From a virus (Duplodnaviria; Heunggongvirae; Uroviricota; Caudoviricetes): a stretch of 7,006 nt of DNA. Positions 1 through 6,954 of the stretch are shown here, in pieces. The stretch lies in the IMG/VR virus record IMGVR_UViG_3300029508_000035. The stretch is one strand, 5' to 3'. The stretch's first letter is position 1, and every line of letters begins with the position of its first letter. The notes beneath the pieces were generated by a model, which did no database searches, was not told where the DNA came from, and saw only the letters and a list, made by a program, of their open reading frames with translations. A program made the translations under genes and the position numbers.

Positions 1-472
1 CCAGGTTAAGGCAGAAATTACGAAAAATTTTCAGCAGCAATTAGATGAAGAAAAGCAACGCTCTCAGATGCTGGAGAAGCAGCTTTACGATTCTATGATT
101 GGCGGTAGTTTTGCGGGTTCAAAATATAGTGCCGATAAAATTGCGATCCCGGCAGATTTATTACAAGCCCGCTTCGGGCAGGCATTCAAAGTGGAAGAAG
201 GGAGGATCGTTGCTTATGACGCTTCCGGCAACAAAATTTATTCCCGCGCGAAGCCTGGCGAACTGGCGCAGTTTGATGAGGCGCTGGAGTTCCTTGTCGA
301 AAATTACCCTCAGAAAGACTACATCCTGAAAGCCAGTGGCAACAATGGCGGCGGCTCCCGTCCGACACAGCATGATATTGGTCAGAAAACGATGAAACGC
401 TCTGCTTTTGATGCACTGGATGTTGCAGGTAAGCAAAACGCATTGAAAGACGGTATCACAATCGTTGATTAA
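1..472 (+). CDS. Phage head morphogenesis protein, putative scaffolding protein (C-terminal part; 5' end lies outside the window)
   Basis: Reading frame is open from the window edge (codons begin at position 2: QVKAEITKNFQQQLDEEKQRSQ...) through the stop TAA at 470-472. Coiled-coil-like, charged N-terminal part and a Gly-rich linker (GNNGGGS). It sits directly upstream of the major capsid gene, where P22-type modules carry the scaffold gene. The function is inferred from position only. Confidence 0.5.
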   Translation, partial: QVKAEITKNFQQQLDEEKQRSQMLEKQLYDSMIGGSFAGSKYSADKIAIPADLLQARFGQAFKVEEGRIVAYDASGNKIYSRAKPGELAQFDEALEFLVENYPQKDYILKASGNNGGGSRPTQHDIGQKTMKRSAFDALDVAGKQNALKDGITIVD

Positions 473-570
473 CACATTTGTCAGCTTCCGGATGGGAGCT
501 GGTGTCAGGGCTGGATAGCTCATTACTCCATCTATTCACAATTACGCAAATTTTTAAGGAATATTTAATT

Positions 571-1710
571 ATGGCTGGAAATACCCTGACCGGGTTGATC
601 CCGACTATTTATACCGCCCTGGATGTTGTATCCCGTGAGCAGGTAGGTTTTATCCCTGCGGTAGCAAAAAACGCAAAAGCTGACGCCGCAGCAAAAGATC
701 AGACGGTAACCGCGCCAGTTGCGCCTGAGGCGAAAACCGAAGATATCGTACCGGGGCCGTCAGCTCCGAATACCGGTGATCAAAATATTGGCACTGTTGA
801 TGTAAAAATTACTAAATCCAAAATGGCACCGGTTAAATGGAATGGTGAAGAACAACTGGCTCTTGGCCCTTCAGGGACTTACAACACCATTCTGGCTGAT
901 CAGTTCAAGCAGGCTTTTCGCGCCCTTGCAAACGAGGTTGAGGCTGATCTTGGTGCGTTGTATTTCGGTGCTTCCCGCGCCGTGGGAACCGCAGGGACAA
1001 CGCCGTTTGGTGTTAAAGATGATCTTTCTGATGCTGCTCTGGCTCGTCAGGTTCTGGAGGATAACGGCGCACCGACAACCGATCTGCAGATGGTGCTTGG
1101 CTCCACTGCCATTGCTAATTTGCGCGGAAAACAGTCTGTACTGTTTAAAGTGAATGAATCCGGCACTGAACAGCTACTGCGTGAGGGCGTGTTGGGGCGT
1201 CTGGAGGGATTCAATATTCACAGTTCGGCAGGTGTGAAACGAGCGCCAAAGGTTGCTGCAACTGGTTATCTCGTGAATGGAGAGAAAAAAGAAGGCGATG
1301 TTCTTATTTCCATTGATACTGGTTCGGGGAGTATTTCTGCAGGTCAGATTGTTACGTTCGCTGGTGATCCGAATCAGTATGTTGTGGCAGCAGCGACCAG
1401 CAATCTGATTACTCTTGCAGCGCCCGGACTGCGTCAGGATCTGGCCGATGATACTGCCATCACAGTTGTTGGGGCCTTTACGGCAAATATGGCGTTTGAT
1501 CGCAACGCGTTTCTGCTGGCATCCCGTACTCCGGCAATGCCGGAAGGTGGCGATAATGCTGATGATGTAATGAATGTTACGGACCCGATTTCAGGGATTA
1601 CGTTCCAGATTGCACTGTATCGTCAGTATCGCCAGGTGCGCTATGAAGTTGGACTGGCATGGGGTGTTTCATCAGTGAAGCCGGCACATGGTTGTCTGAT
1701 TCTTGGTTAA
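571..1710 (+). CDS. Major capsid (coat) protein, HK97-fold, P22 gp5 coat-like family
   Basis: 379-aa ORF starting at ATG 571, preceded by TAAGGA at 555-560. The track ORF 478..1710 begins at a TTG with no RBS, so I take 571 as the true start. From memory, motifs resemble P22 coat protein: FRALANEVEADL (cf. P22 ARKLANNVELKV) and GQIVTFAGD (cf. P22 GDKISFAGV). A strong terminator follows immediately, as is typical for the most highly expressed head gene. Confidence 0.8.
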   Translation: MAGNTLTGLIPTIYTALDVVSREQVGFIPAVAKNAKADAAAKDQTVTAPVAPEAKTEDIVPGPSAPNTGDQNIGTVDVKITKSKMAPVKWNGEEQLALGPSGTYNTILADQFKQAFRALANEVEADLGALYFGASRAVGTAGTTPFGVKDDLSDAALARQVLEDNGAPTTDLQMVLGSTAIANLRGKQSVLFKVNESGTEQLLREGVLGRLEGFNIHSSAGVKRAPKVAATGYLVNGEKKEGDVLISIDTGSGSISAGQIVTFAGDPNQYVVAAATSNLITLAAPGLRQDLADDTAITVVGAFTANMAFDRNAFLLASRTPAMPEGGDNADDVMNVTDPISGITFQIALYRQYRQVRYEVGLAWGVSSVKPAHGCLILG

Positions 1711-1720
1711 ACATTCAAAC

Positions 1721-1740
1721 GGGGCTTCGGCCCCATTTTT
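1721..1740 (+). terminator. Intrinsic (rho-independent) terminator or attenuator downstream of the capsid gene
   Basis: GGGGC-TTCG-GCCCC hairpin (5-bp GC stem 1721-1725/1730-1734 with a UUCG tetraloop) followed by ATTTTT at 1735-1740, 11 nt after the capsid stop codon. Confidence 0.6.
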
Positions 1741-1752
1741 AATGGGGGGCAT

Positions 1753-1929
1753 ATGGCCGGATTAACTAAAGAGCAAAGAGCACAGCGTGAAGCCGCACAA
1801 AAAACGCAAATTGAGTTAGTGGTTATGGTGACCGATTATCAGATGTTTCCCGGCGCACCAACTATCGCTAATGTTCATCCTGATGAAGTTGACAACTGGA
1901 AGGCTATGGGCTGGAAAACTCAGGAGTAA
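1753..1929 (+). CDS. Small hypothetical phage protein (58 aa), not in the supplied ORF track
   Basis: ATG at 1753 preceded by a GGGGGG Shine-Dalgarno-like run (1744-1749); stop TAA at 1927-1929, only 3 nt before the next gene's ATG at 1933. Translation: MAGLTKEQRAQREAAQKTQIELVVMVTDYQMFPGAPTIANVHPDEVDNWKAMGWKTQE. Same strand and packing as its neighbours. No family recognised. Confidence 0.5.
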   Translation: MAGLTKEQRAQREAAQKTQIELVVMVTDYQMFPGAPTIANVHPDEVDNWKAMGWKTQE

Positions 1930-1932
1930 CAC

Positions 1933-2328
1933 ATGATCACTTACGTGACCTGTGATGACGTTGATAATGCGTTTGGGAACGCCTGGACGAGTGAGAACGC
2001 TAAAAATAAAGCTGTTTTAATGGCTAATGCCTGGCTTAATGGCTTCAACCTGAAAATTAACCCATCCCGTATTCCGGAAGAGGTAAAACTTGCGGGAGCA
2101 TATGCAGCCAGAATTGCCTCATTCGGTAAGTTGTTTCAGCAGAAAAATGATTCTGGCGTTGTTATCAGTAAAGCCGTGTCGGCTGACGGGGTCAGTGTAT
2201 CGAAATCATTTTCTGAGTTGCCAGCAAACAGCACTGCATTGCTTGAACCCGATTTACAGCTTGCGATAGCACTGCTGAAACCGTACGGACTTAGTCGCTC
2301 ACAAGTCAGGGTTGTGAGGGGGGGATAA
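1933..2328 (+). CDS. Putative head-tail connector / head completion protein (gp6-like position)
   Basis: 131-aa ORF with AGGAG at 1922-1926 before ATG 1933. First of four ~125-130-aa genes between the capsid and major tail genes, the position occupied by head-tail joining proteins in lambda/HK97-type modules. Its stop overlaps the next start (TAATG at 2326-2330). Function is inferred from position and size. Confidence 0.5.
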   Translation: MITYVTCDDVDNAFGNAWTSENAKNKAVLMANAWLNGFNLKINPSRIPEEVKLAGAYAARIASFGKLFQQKNDSGVVISKAVSADGVSVSKSFSELPANSTALLEPDLQLAIALLKPYGLSRSQVRVVRGG

Positions 2329-2711
2329 TGGGGCTTCGTGAAGAGATTCAGTCAGAGGTTGCCGCTGCTTTTGATGAGGATTTAGCGGACGCCGTGAGTG
2401 ATTTTTCTGGTTCTTACGTTACGCACCGGCACTGGGATCCTGTGACGGAAACTGGCGGCGAATCCACCGCAATCTATACCGGGCGAGGCGTGTTGACACG
2501 TTATAAGCTGGGCAGAATTGATGGGATTAATATTTTGCATGGTGACCTTAAATTAACCGCTCTGGTATGCGAGGTTACGGATAAACCAGCTGTCGACCAT
2601 ATTATTGAGATTTATGATCCTGTATCAAGGCAGTTACAACGATACGAGGTAATTACAGCAAGTGTAGATCCTTCCGCATCAGTTTACTCTATCCAGTTAA
2701 GGAGAGCGTAA
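2328..2711 (+). CDS. Putative head-tail adaptor / head closure (neck) protein
   Basis: 127-aa ORF, translationally coupled to the upstream gene (TAATG overlap) and directly abutting the downstream gene (stop 2709-2711, next ATG 2712). Function assigned by synteny only. Confidence 0.45.
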   Translation: MGLREEIQSEVAAAFDEDLADAVSDFSGSYVTHRHWDPVTETGGESTAIYTGRGVLTRYKLGRIDGINILHGDLKLTALVCEVTDKPAVDHIIEIYDPVSRQLQRYEVITASVDPSASVYSIQLRRA

Positions 2712-3092
2712 ATGGCAAAGGCATGGGATATAGAACCGTCAATATTTGCCGGGATGATTGAGGAAGATGTAGGGCTGAAGATTCGCTACATCGCTATTCA
2801 GATTCTTACTGCTATTGATATTGCTGCTCCGGTTGATACCGGACGTTTCAGAAATAACAACCTGGTGTCGTTACAGCATCCCGATTTTGGTATATCTGAT
2901 AACGTGGATCCGAACGGTACGATTGCTGTTCAGCGTGGGATCGGGGTTATTTCGAAAGCTGCAAATTACGGAGTTATTTATATCCAGAATAACCTTCCTT
3001 ATGCAGAGGCTCTTGAAAACGGTCATTCACAACAAGCGCCAACTGGCGTGTATGCCAACGCTTTTCATGGTGTTTTACAGGCTTACAAATGA
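2712..3092 (+). CDS. HK97 gp10-like head-tail joining / tail component protein
   Basis: 126-aa ORF containing a PVDTGRFRNN motif, which from memory resembles the conserved DTGRLR signature of the HK97 gp10 family. Overlaps the next gene by 4 nt (ATGA at 3089-3092). Confidence 0.55.
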   Translation: MAKAWDIEPSIFAGMIEEDVGLKIRYIAIQILTAIDIAAPVDTGRFRNNNLVSLQHPDFGISDNVDPNGTIAVQRGIGVISKAANYGVIYIQNNLPYAEALENGHSQQAPTGVYANAFHGVLQAYK

Positions 3093-3481
3093 CGTTTACT
3101 GAAATCAGAAATACGGTTATTTCCAGAATGACGGCACAGACGATTATTGATGGAAAAGACGTATTGTATCCGAACGCGCCAACGTTCGATCCTTCCGGTA
3201 AGTTAATCTGGGCGCGGTTAAGTAATATTCCCGGGCAGGCTGGAGTTAATGAAATTGGCGCGGGGCCGATTGTTTATCGCACGGGGATAATCATTATTCA
3301 GTTATTTGTCCCCGCAGGTTCTGGTTCAAAACTCATTACTGAGACAGCCGATAAATTGCGGGAACTGTTTGAGTTTCAGGATGACGATCGTCTCAGTTAC
3401 CAGGCTGTTTCCTCAATAGCCGTTGGCGAAAAGAATGGCTGGTTCCAGCTTAATCTTCAAATTCCATATCGCGCGCTCTAG
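3089..3481 (+). CDS. Putative tail terminator / tail completion protein (gpU/gpZ-like position)
   Basis: 130-aa ORF immediately upstream of the major tail protein gene, coupled by an ATGA overlap. Contains a beta-strand-rich hydrophobic core (GIIIIQLFVP). Function is inferred from position. Confidence 0.45.
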   Translation: MTFTEIRNTVISRMTAQTIIDGKDVLYPNAPTFDPSGKLIWARLSNIPGQAGVNEIGAGPIVYRTGIIIIQLFVPAGSGSKLITETADKLRELFEFQDDDRLSYQAVSSIAVGEKNGWFQLNLQIPYRAL

Positions 3482-3507
3482 CGCAATTAATGACATAGGA
3501 GGCTCCT

Positions 3508-4470
3508 GTGAGTTCAGGTGCAAAGGTTATCTCGGCATTTATCCGGGAGACGGTTGCAGGCACTACGCCAGCAAGTGGTGACTGGAGTTTATTAAAACGC
3601 ACAAGCTGGGGAGTAAAACCCACCCAGAATAAAGGCGAAAATAATGAGATTGGTGGCTCCCGGATGGCTCAGGGGGCGACGCCTGGCACTGTGGATGTCG
3701 GCGGTGATGTTGGTACCAAATTTCGCTGGGGTCAACATGATGATTTTCTTGCATCCTGTTTCGGCGCGGAATGGTCAGGCGATTCTCTGACAATGGGGAA
3801 TGAGCGAATAACATTTTCTCTGGCGACCTATGCGTCCGATGTCGGAATTGCCTCTGTCGTCAGAGGAGCGCAGGTTGGCTCATGGAAAATGCAGATCCCT
3901 AACGACGGCGATATTACAGCGACCGTAACCTTTGCCGGACTGGACTGGGAATCAAAGGCCGATGATACGAATTTTATCAAAGGCGAACCTGTGGATAGTG
4001 CAGGAAAGCTACGTTATTCGTTTAAGGAGGTTTCAGCAGTAAGCCTGAATGGTGTTGCCGGAGGTAACGGTTTTTGTATCGACAGTTTTGATATTCAGTT
4101 CGATAACAAACTCCAGACACAGCGTTGTATCGGGACTGGCTCGCCTTATGCAGGAGCAAATATTCCGACTACTTTTACACCGTCCGGTACGGTGACGCTT
4201 TCATGGTCTAAAGCCGCGTGGGAAATCTGGAGTAAAACACTGACTGGAGAAACAGTTCCGTTCAGCTTCACGCTTTCGAATGGAGAGGGGGCATACACTT
4301 TCAGTTTCCCGAAGGTTCAGGTGTCAGGTGAATGGCCTGATGGGGGTAATAGCGACATTATCCAGGTTCAATTGAGCATTACCGCAGCAGATGAAGCACC
4401 TACGATAACCAGAAAAAAAAATTCCCCGGCTGCCGTGATCGCAAAAGCCAGTGCTGAGGCGATTAGTTGA
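3508..4470 (+). CDS. Major tail (tube) protein
   Basis: 320-aa ORF with GTG start at 3508 preceded by AGGAGG (3497-3502). It lies between the neck genes and the G/GT chaperone pair, the canonical position of the major tail protein. Gly/Thr/Ser-rich, beta-type composition. Stop TGA at 4468-4470. Confidence 0.65.
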   Translation: MSSGAKVISAFIRETVAGTTPASGDWSLLKRTSWGVKPTQNKGENNEIGGSRMAQGATPGTVDVGGDVGTKFRWGQHDDFLASCFGAEWSGDSLTMGNERITFSLATYASDVGIASVVRGAQVGSWKMQIPNDGDITATVTFAGLDWESKADDTNFIKGEPVDSAGKLRYSFKEVSAVSLNGVAGGNGFCIDSFDIQFDNKLQTQRCIGTGSPYAGANIPTTFTPSGTVTLSWSKAAWEIWSKTLTGETVPFSFTLSNGEGAYTFSFPKVQVSGEWPDGGNSDIIQVQLSITAADEAPTITRKKNSPAAVIAKASAEAIS

Positions 4471-4518
4471 TTTTCCGTTATTCCTCCTGTGGTACTGCCC
4501 TACAGGGGGACGCATTGA

Positions 4519-4980
4519 ATGAGGTTATGGATGTTTATTCTTAATCAGAAAATTATCATTGGTGGAGAACGCTGGTTTACGCCAATGAAGGACTTAAAAC
4601 CTGTAGACGGGTTAAAACTGTTGGTGGCAAGCAGCGATAACGATCAGTATCGCTCCCGTAATGCATTAATCCGTCGCCACATTGAGAAAATGGATGCCAG
4701 TTTGCACGTCGGAACGAAGGAGTTTGATATTTCAAAGGTTTCCGAGGTGGATTCTGTTGATGATTTACTCATTGATAATGCCGCTCGTTATCTGCTGAAA
4801 GACTGGAAAGGGGTTGGTGAACTGGTTAATGGTGTTGAGGTTGCACTGGAATATACGGCAGAACGAGGGATCGCGCTGCTTAAGCAGAATCCAGAGTTGT
4901 ACTGGCAGATCCTTGCAGAAGCAGCCAGCATCGCCCAGGGTAAAGAGCAGCAGAAGCAGGATACGATAAAAAAGCCATAG
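4519..4980 (+). CDS. Tail assembly chaperone, lambda gpG-like
   Basis: 153-aa ORF with ATG 4519 preceded by AGGGGGA (4504-4510). An A_AAA_AAG slippery heptamer lies two codons before its stop, and the -1 frame stays open for a further ~100 codons. This is the lambda G/GT arrangement located just upstream of the tape measure gene. Confidence 0.7.
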   Translation: MRLWMFILNQKIIIGGERWFTPMKDLKPVDGLKLLVASSDNDQYRSRNALIRRHIEKMDASLHVGTKEFDISKVSEVDSVDDLLIDNAARYLLKDWKGVGELVNGVEVALEYTAERGIALLKQNPELYWQILAEAASIAQGKEQQKQDTIKKP

Positions 4981-5288
4981 CTGCCCAGCGGTGGTTATCG
5001 GAGTTCGGGGGAGAAAGGGGGGAAAAGGCAAGATGGAAGCGAGAAAAACTCAGGTTGCCACCGATACCGGAACCAGAAATAGACCCGGTGCTTAAGGAGT
5101 TGTTGTACGCCTATTCGGTAATATCCCGTGCCCGACGTTATGCTGGAATGGCTGGGGTGCCTTTGCCTTTATCTCTGACAGAGATAAATGAATATTTAGC
5201 CACTCATCCGGTATTGATTGAGCGCGATGAATTTGAAGCAGTGATCTTTGCACTGGATGACCAGTATTTTCAGGAGCAGTGTGTGTAG
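4519..5288 (+). CDS. Tail assembly chaperone G-T fusion produced by programmed -1 ribosomal frameshift (lambda gpGT-like)
   Basis: The -1 frame is open from 4944 to the stop TAG at 5286-5288. The slip site A_AAA_AAG at 4968-4974 is in the X_XXY_YYZ register of the G frame. Predicted fusion reads ...DTIKK|AIAAQRWLSEFGGERGEKARWKREKLRLPPIPEPEIDPVLKELLYAYS...QEQCV (~256 aa). The track's free-standing 5055..5288 ORF starts at a TTG with no RBS, so separate initiation is unlikely. Confidence 0.6.
4968..4974 (+). other. Programmed -1 frameshift slippery heptamer A_AAA_AAG
   Basis: Sequence ataAAAAAGcca: codons ATA-AAA-AAG in the G frame give A_AAA_AAG, the same heptamer used by E. coli dnaX. It lies in the 37-nt overlap between the G frame and the open -1 frame. 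Confidence 0.65.
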
Positions 5289-5408
5289 TTGTTAATTACG
5301 TACACTCTGTTACAGAGATGTGATGGTGTCTTTAATTAAATCGATGATGCTCCTGGAGAAAAGCATTGCGTGGCCTCGTAATCGCTATATCTACTATTAT
5401 GTCGCCTG

Positions 5409-5436
5409 AAACCCACTTCGCGGTGGGTTTTTTGTT
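5409..5436 (+). terminator. Intrinsic terminator-like hairpin in the gap between G-T and the tape measure gene
   Basis: AAACCCAC-(TTCGCG)-GTGGGTTT stem-loop (about 8 bp, 5409-5430) followed by a run of T residues (5428-5433). It sits 18 nt before the tape measure ATG and its AGGAG (5440-5444). Confidence 0.5.
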
Positions 5437-5453
5437 GTCAGGAGTTTTAATAA

Positions 5454-6931
5454 ATGGCAGAGCAAACCTCGCGTCTCGCAATAATTATTGATAGCACTGG
5501 AGCGAAAAATAATGCTGACAATCTGACCTCCTCATTAGTCAAAATGACGCAGGCTGGGGAAACTGCTGCAAATAGCGCAGGGAAAGTGACTAAGGCAACA
5601 GAAGATGAGAAGAACGCGCTCGCAAAATTAAAAGCAGCTATTGATCCAGTTGGTGCCGCAATTGATACTGTCGGTCGACGCTATTCTGAATTAAAGAAAT
5701 TTTTCGATAAAGGGCTTATTGATAAAGAAGAATATGAATTTCTTGTCCGTAAACTTAATGAAACCACAGAGGAATTGAGCGGGGTTGCGCAAGCGCAGAG
5801 AGAAGCCGAGAAGGCCGGAAAACTTGCTGCCGCCCAGCAGGAAGCGCAGGCTCAGGCCTTTCAAAGAATGCTGGACAAGATCGACCCTCTGGCTGCGGCG
5901 CTAAGAAATCTTGAACAACAGCATGATGAACTTAATGCTGCGTTTGCATCCGGGAAAATAAATGGTTCTCAGTTTGAGAATTATAGCCGAAAAATACAGG
6001 AAACACGGCGAGAGCTTACCGGAGAGGCTCAGGCAGAGCGAGAAGCAGCAAAAGCGCATGATGAACAGGTTGTTGCTTTGCAACGTCTGATTGCTCAACT
6101 TGATCCTGTCGGAACTGCTTTTAATCGTCTGGTAGAACAACAGAAACAGCTCAATGAAGCAAAAGCTAAGGGGATGCTTTCTCCTGAAATGTATGAGGAG
6201 CTTTCTGGAAAACTTCGTGCTATGCGGAGTGAGCTTGAGGTTACTCAATCACAATTAAGCAAAACCGGAATGTCGGCAAAACAAACGGCTTTTGCTATGC
6301 GCATGTTGCCTGCACAAATGACGGATATTGTTGTTGGGTTGTCCACTGGTCAGTCGCCATTTATGGTGTTAATGCAGCAGGGCGGCCAGCTAAAAGATAT
6401 GTTCGGTGGGATTGGCCCGGCGATCAAAGGTGTAGGTTCTTATGTGCTGGGATTAGTTAATCCTTTTACCCTAGCCGCAGCAGCCGTTGGGGTCTTAGGA
6501 CTGGCTTACTATAAAGGCTCTCAGGAGCAGGACGAATTTAATAAATCTCTTATTCTTACCGGAAATCAGTTGGGGACAACCAGCGGGCAATTGGGCGATA
6601 TAGCTCAACGTGCCGGGAATGCGGCTGATTCGACAACTGGTGCTGCGGCGGCAGTATTAAATCAGCTTGTGCGTTCGGGAAAGGTAGCGAGCAGTTCGCT
6701 GGAGCAAGTGACGACAGCGATAGTAAAAACGAGCGAAGTAACAGGAATATCAACCGAACAACTGGTTAATGACTTCAATGAAATTGCAAAGGATCCTGTC
6801 AGTGCCATATCAAAACTTAATGATCAGTACCATTTTCTGACACTTGCGACTTATAACCAGATTAAGGCGCTACAGGATGAAGGGAACCAGCAGGAGGCCG
6901 CCCGCATTGCGACAGAAGAATACTCATCCTC
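5454..6931 (+). pseudogene. Tail tape measure protein, lambda gpH-like, 5' portion; disrupted by an IS1 insertion at 6931/6932
   Basis: ATG 5454 with AGGAG at 5440-5444. From memory, residues ~275-390 match the conserved N-terminal region of lambda gpH: [39 protein letters not shown] vs lambda [39 protein letters not shown], and [12 protein letters not shown] vs DFNKTLVLSGNQ. The frame runs into IS1 sequence at 6932 and stops at 6951-6953, after only ~493 gpH-like codons, whereas a full tape measure is typically >800 aa. Confidence 0.8.
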
Positions 6932-6954
6932 GGTAATGACTCCAACTTATTGAT
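6932..6954. repeat. IS1 terminal inverted repeat (IRR, 23 bp)
   Basis: GGTAATGACTCCAACTTATTGAT matches the IS1 right inverted repeat as I recall it. It directly abuts the tape measure coding sequence at 6931. Confidence 0.85.

Noticed and set aside
99-329. Alternative-frame + strand ORFs (99..329, 842..1153, 2815..3102)
   Set aside because: Each is embedded out of frame inside a longer, better-supported gene, with no start signals; they are frame artefacts.
161-523. Minus-strand ORFs 161..523 and 186..443 overlapping the scaffold-like gene
   Set aside because: They lie antisense within a well-supported + strand coding region, have no RBS, and have odd composition; they are probably shadow ORFs.
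478-570. N-terminal extension of the capsid ORF (track start at 478, MSASGWELVS...)
   Set aside because: It begins at a TTG with no Shine-Dalgarno sequence, whereas the in-frame ATG at 571 has TAAGGA upstream. The P22 coat-like similarity begins near the 571 start.
5006-5027. Purine-rich G/A tract (GGGGGAGAAAGGGGGGAAAAGG) as a possible second slip site or repeat element
   Set aside because: It lies downstream of the G stop within the T-frame coding region and has no X_XXY_YYZ register relative to an upstream frame; it is most simply just codons for Gly/Glu/Arg/Lys.
3563-5031. Minus-strand ORFs 3563..3814, 4324..4515 and 4765..5031
   Set aside because: They are antisense to the major tail and G/GT genes in an otherwise single-strand operon, with no RBS; judged spurious.
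5055-5288. Free-standing 77-aa ORF starting at TTG 5055
   Set aside because: There is no RBS, and the frame is open upstream to 4944 where it overlaps the G stop region and the A_AAA_AAG heptamer. It is better explained as the T part of a -1 frameshift GT fusion.
5901-6753. Minus-strand ORFs 5901..6248 and 6556..6753 inside the tape measure gene
   Set aside because: Low-complexity translations, antisense to the repeat-rich tape measure coding sequence; typical shadow ORFs.
6932-6953. Apparent natural C-terminus of the tape measure ORF (...SSVMTPTY*)
   Set aside because: These final codons are IS1 inverted-repeat sequence, so the stop is created by the insertion and is not the native end of the gene.
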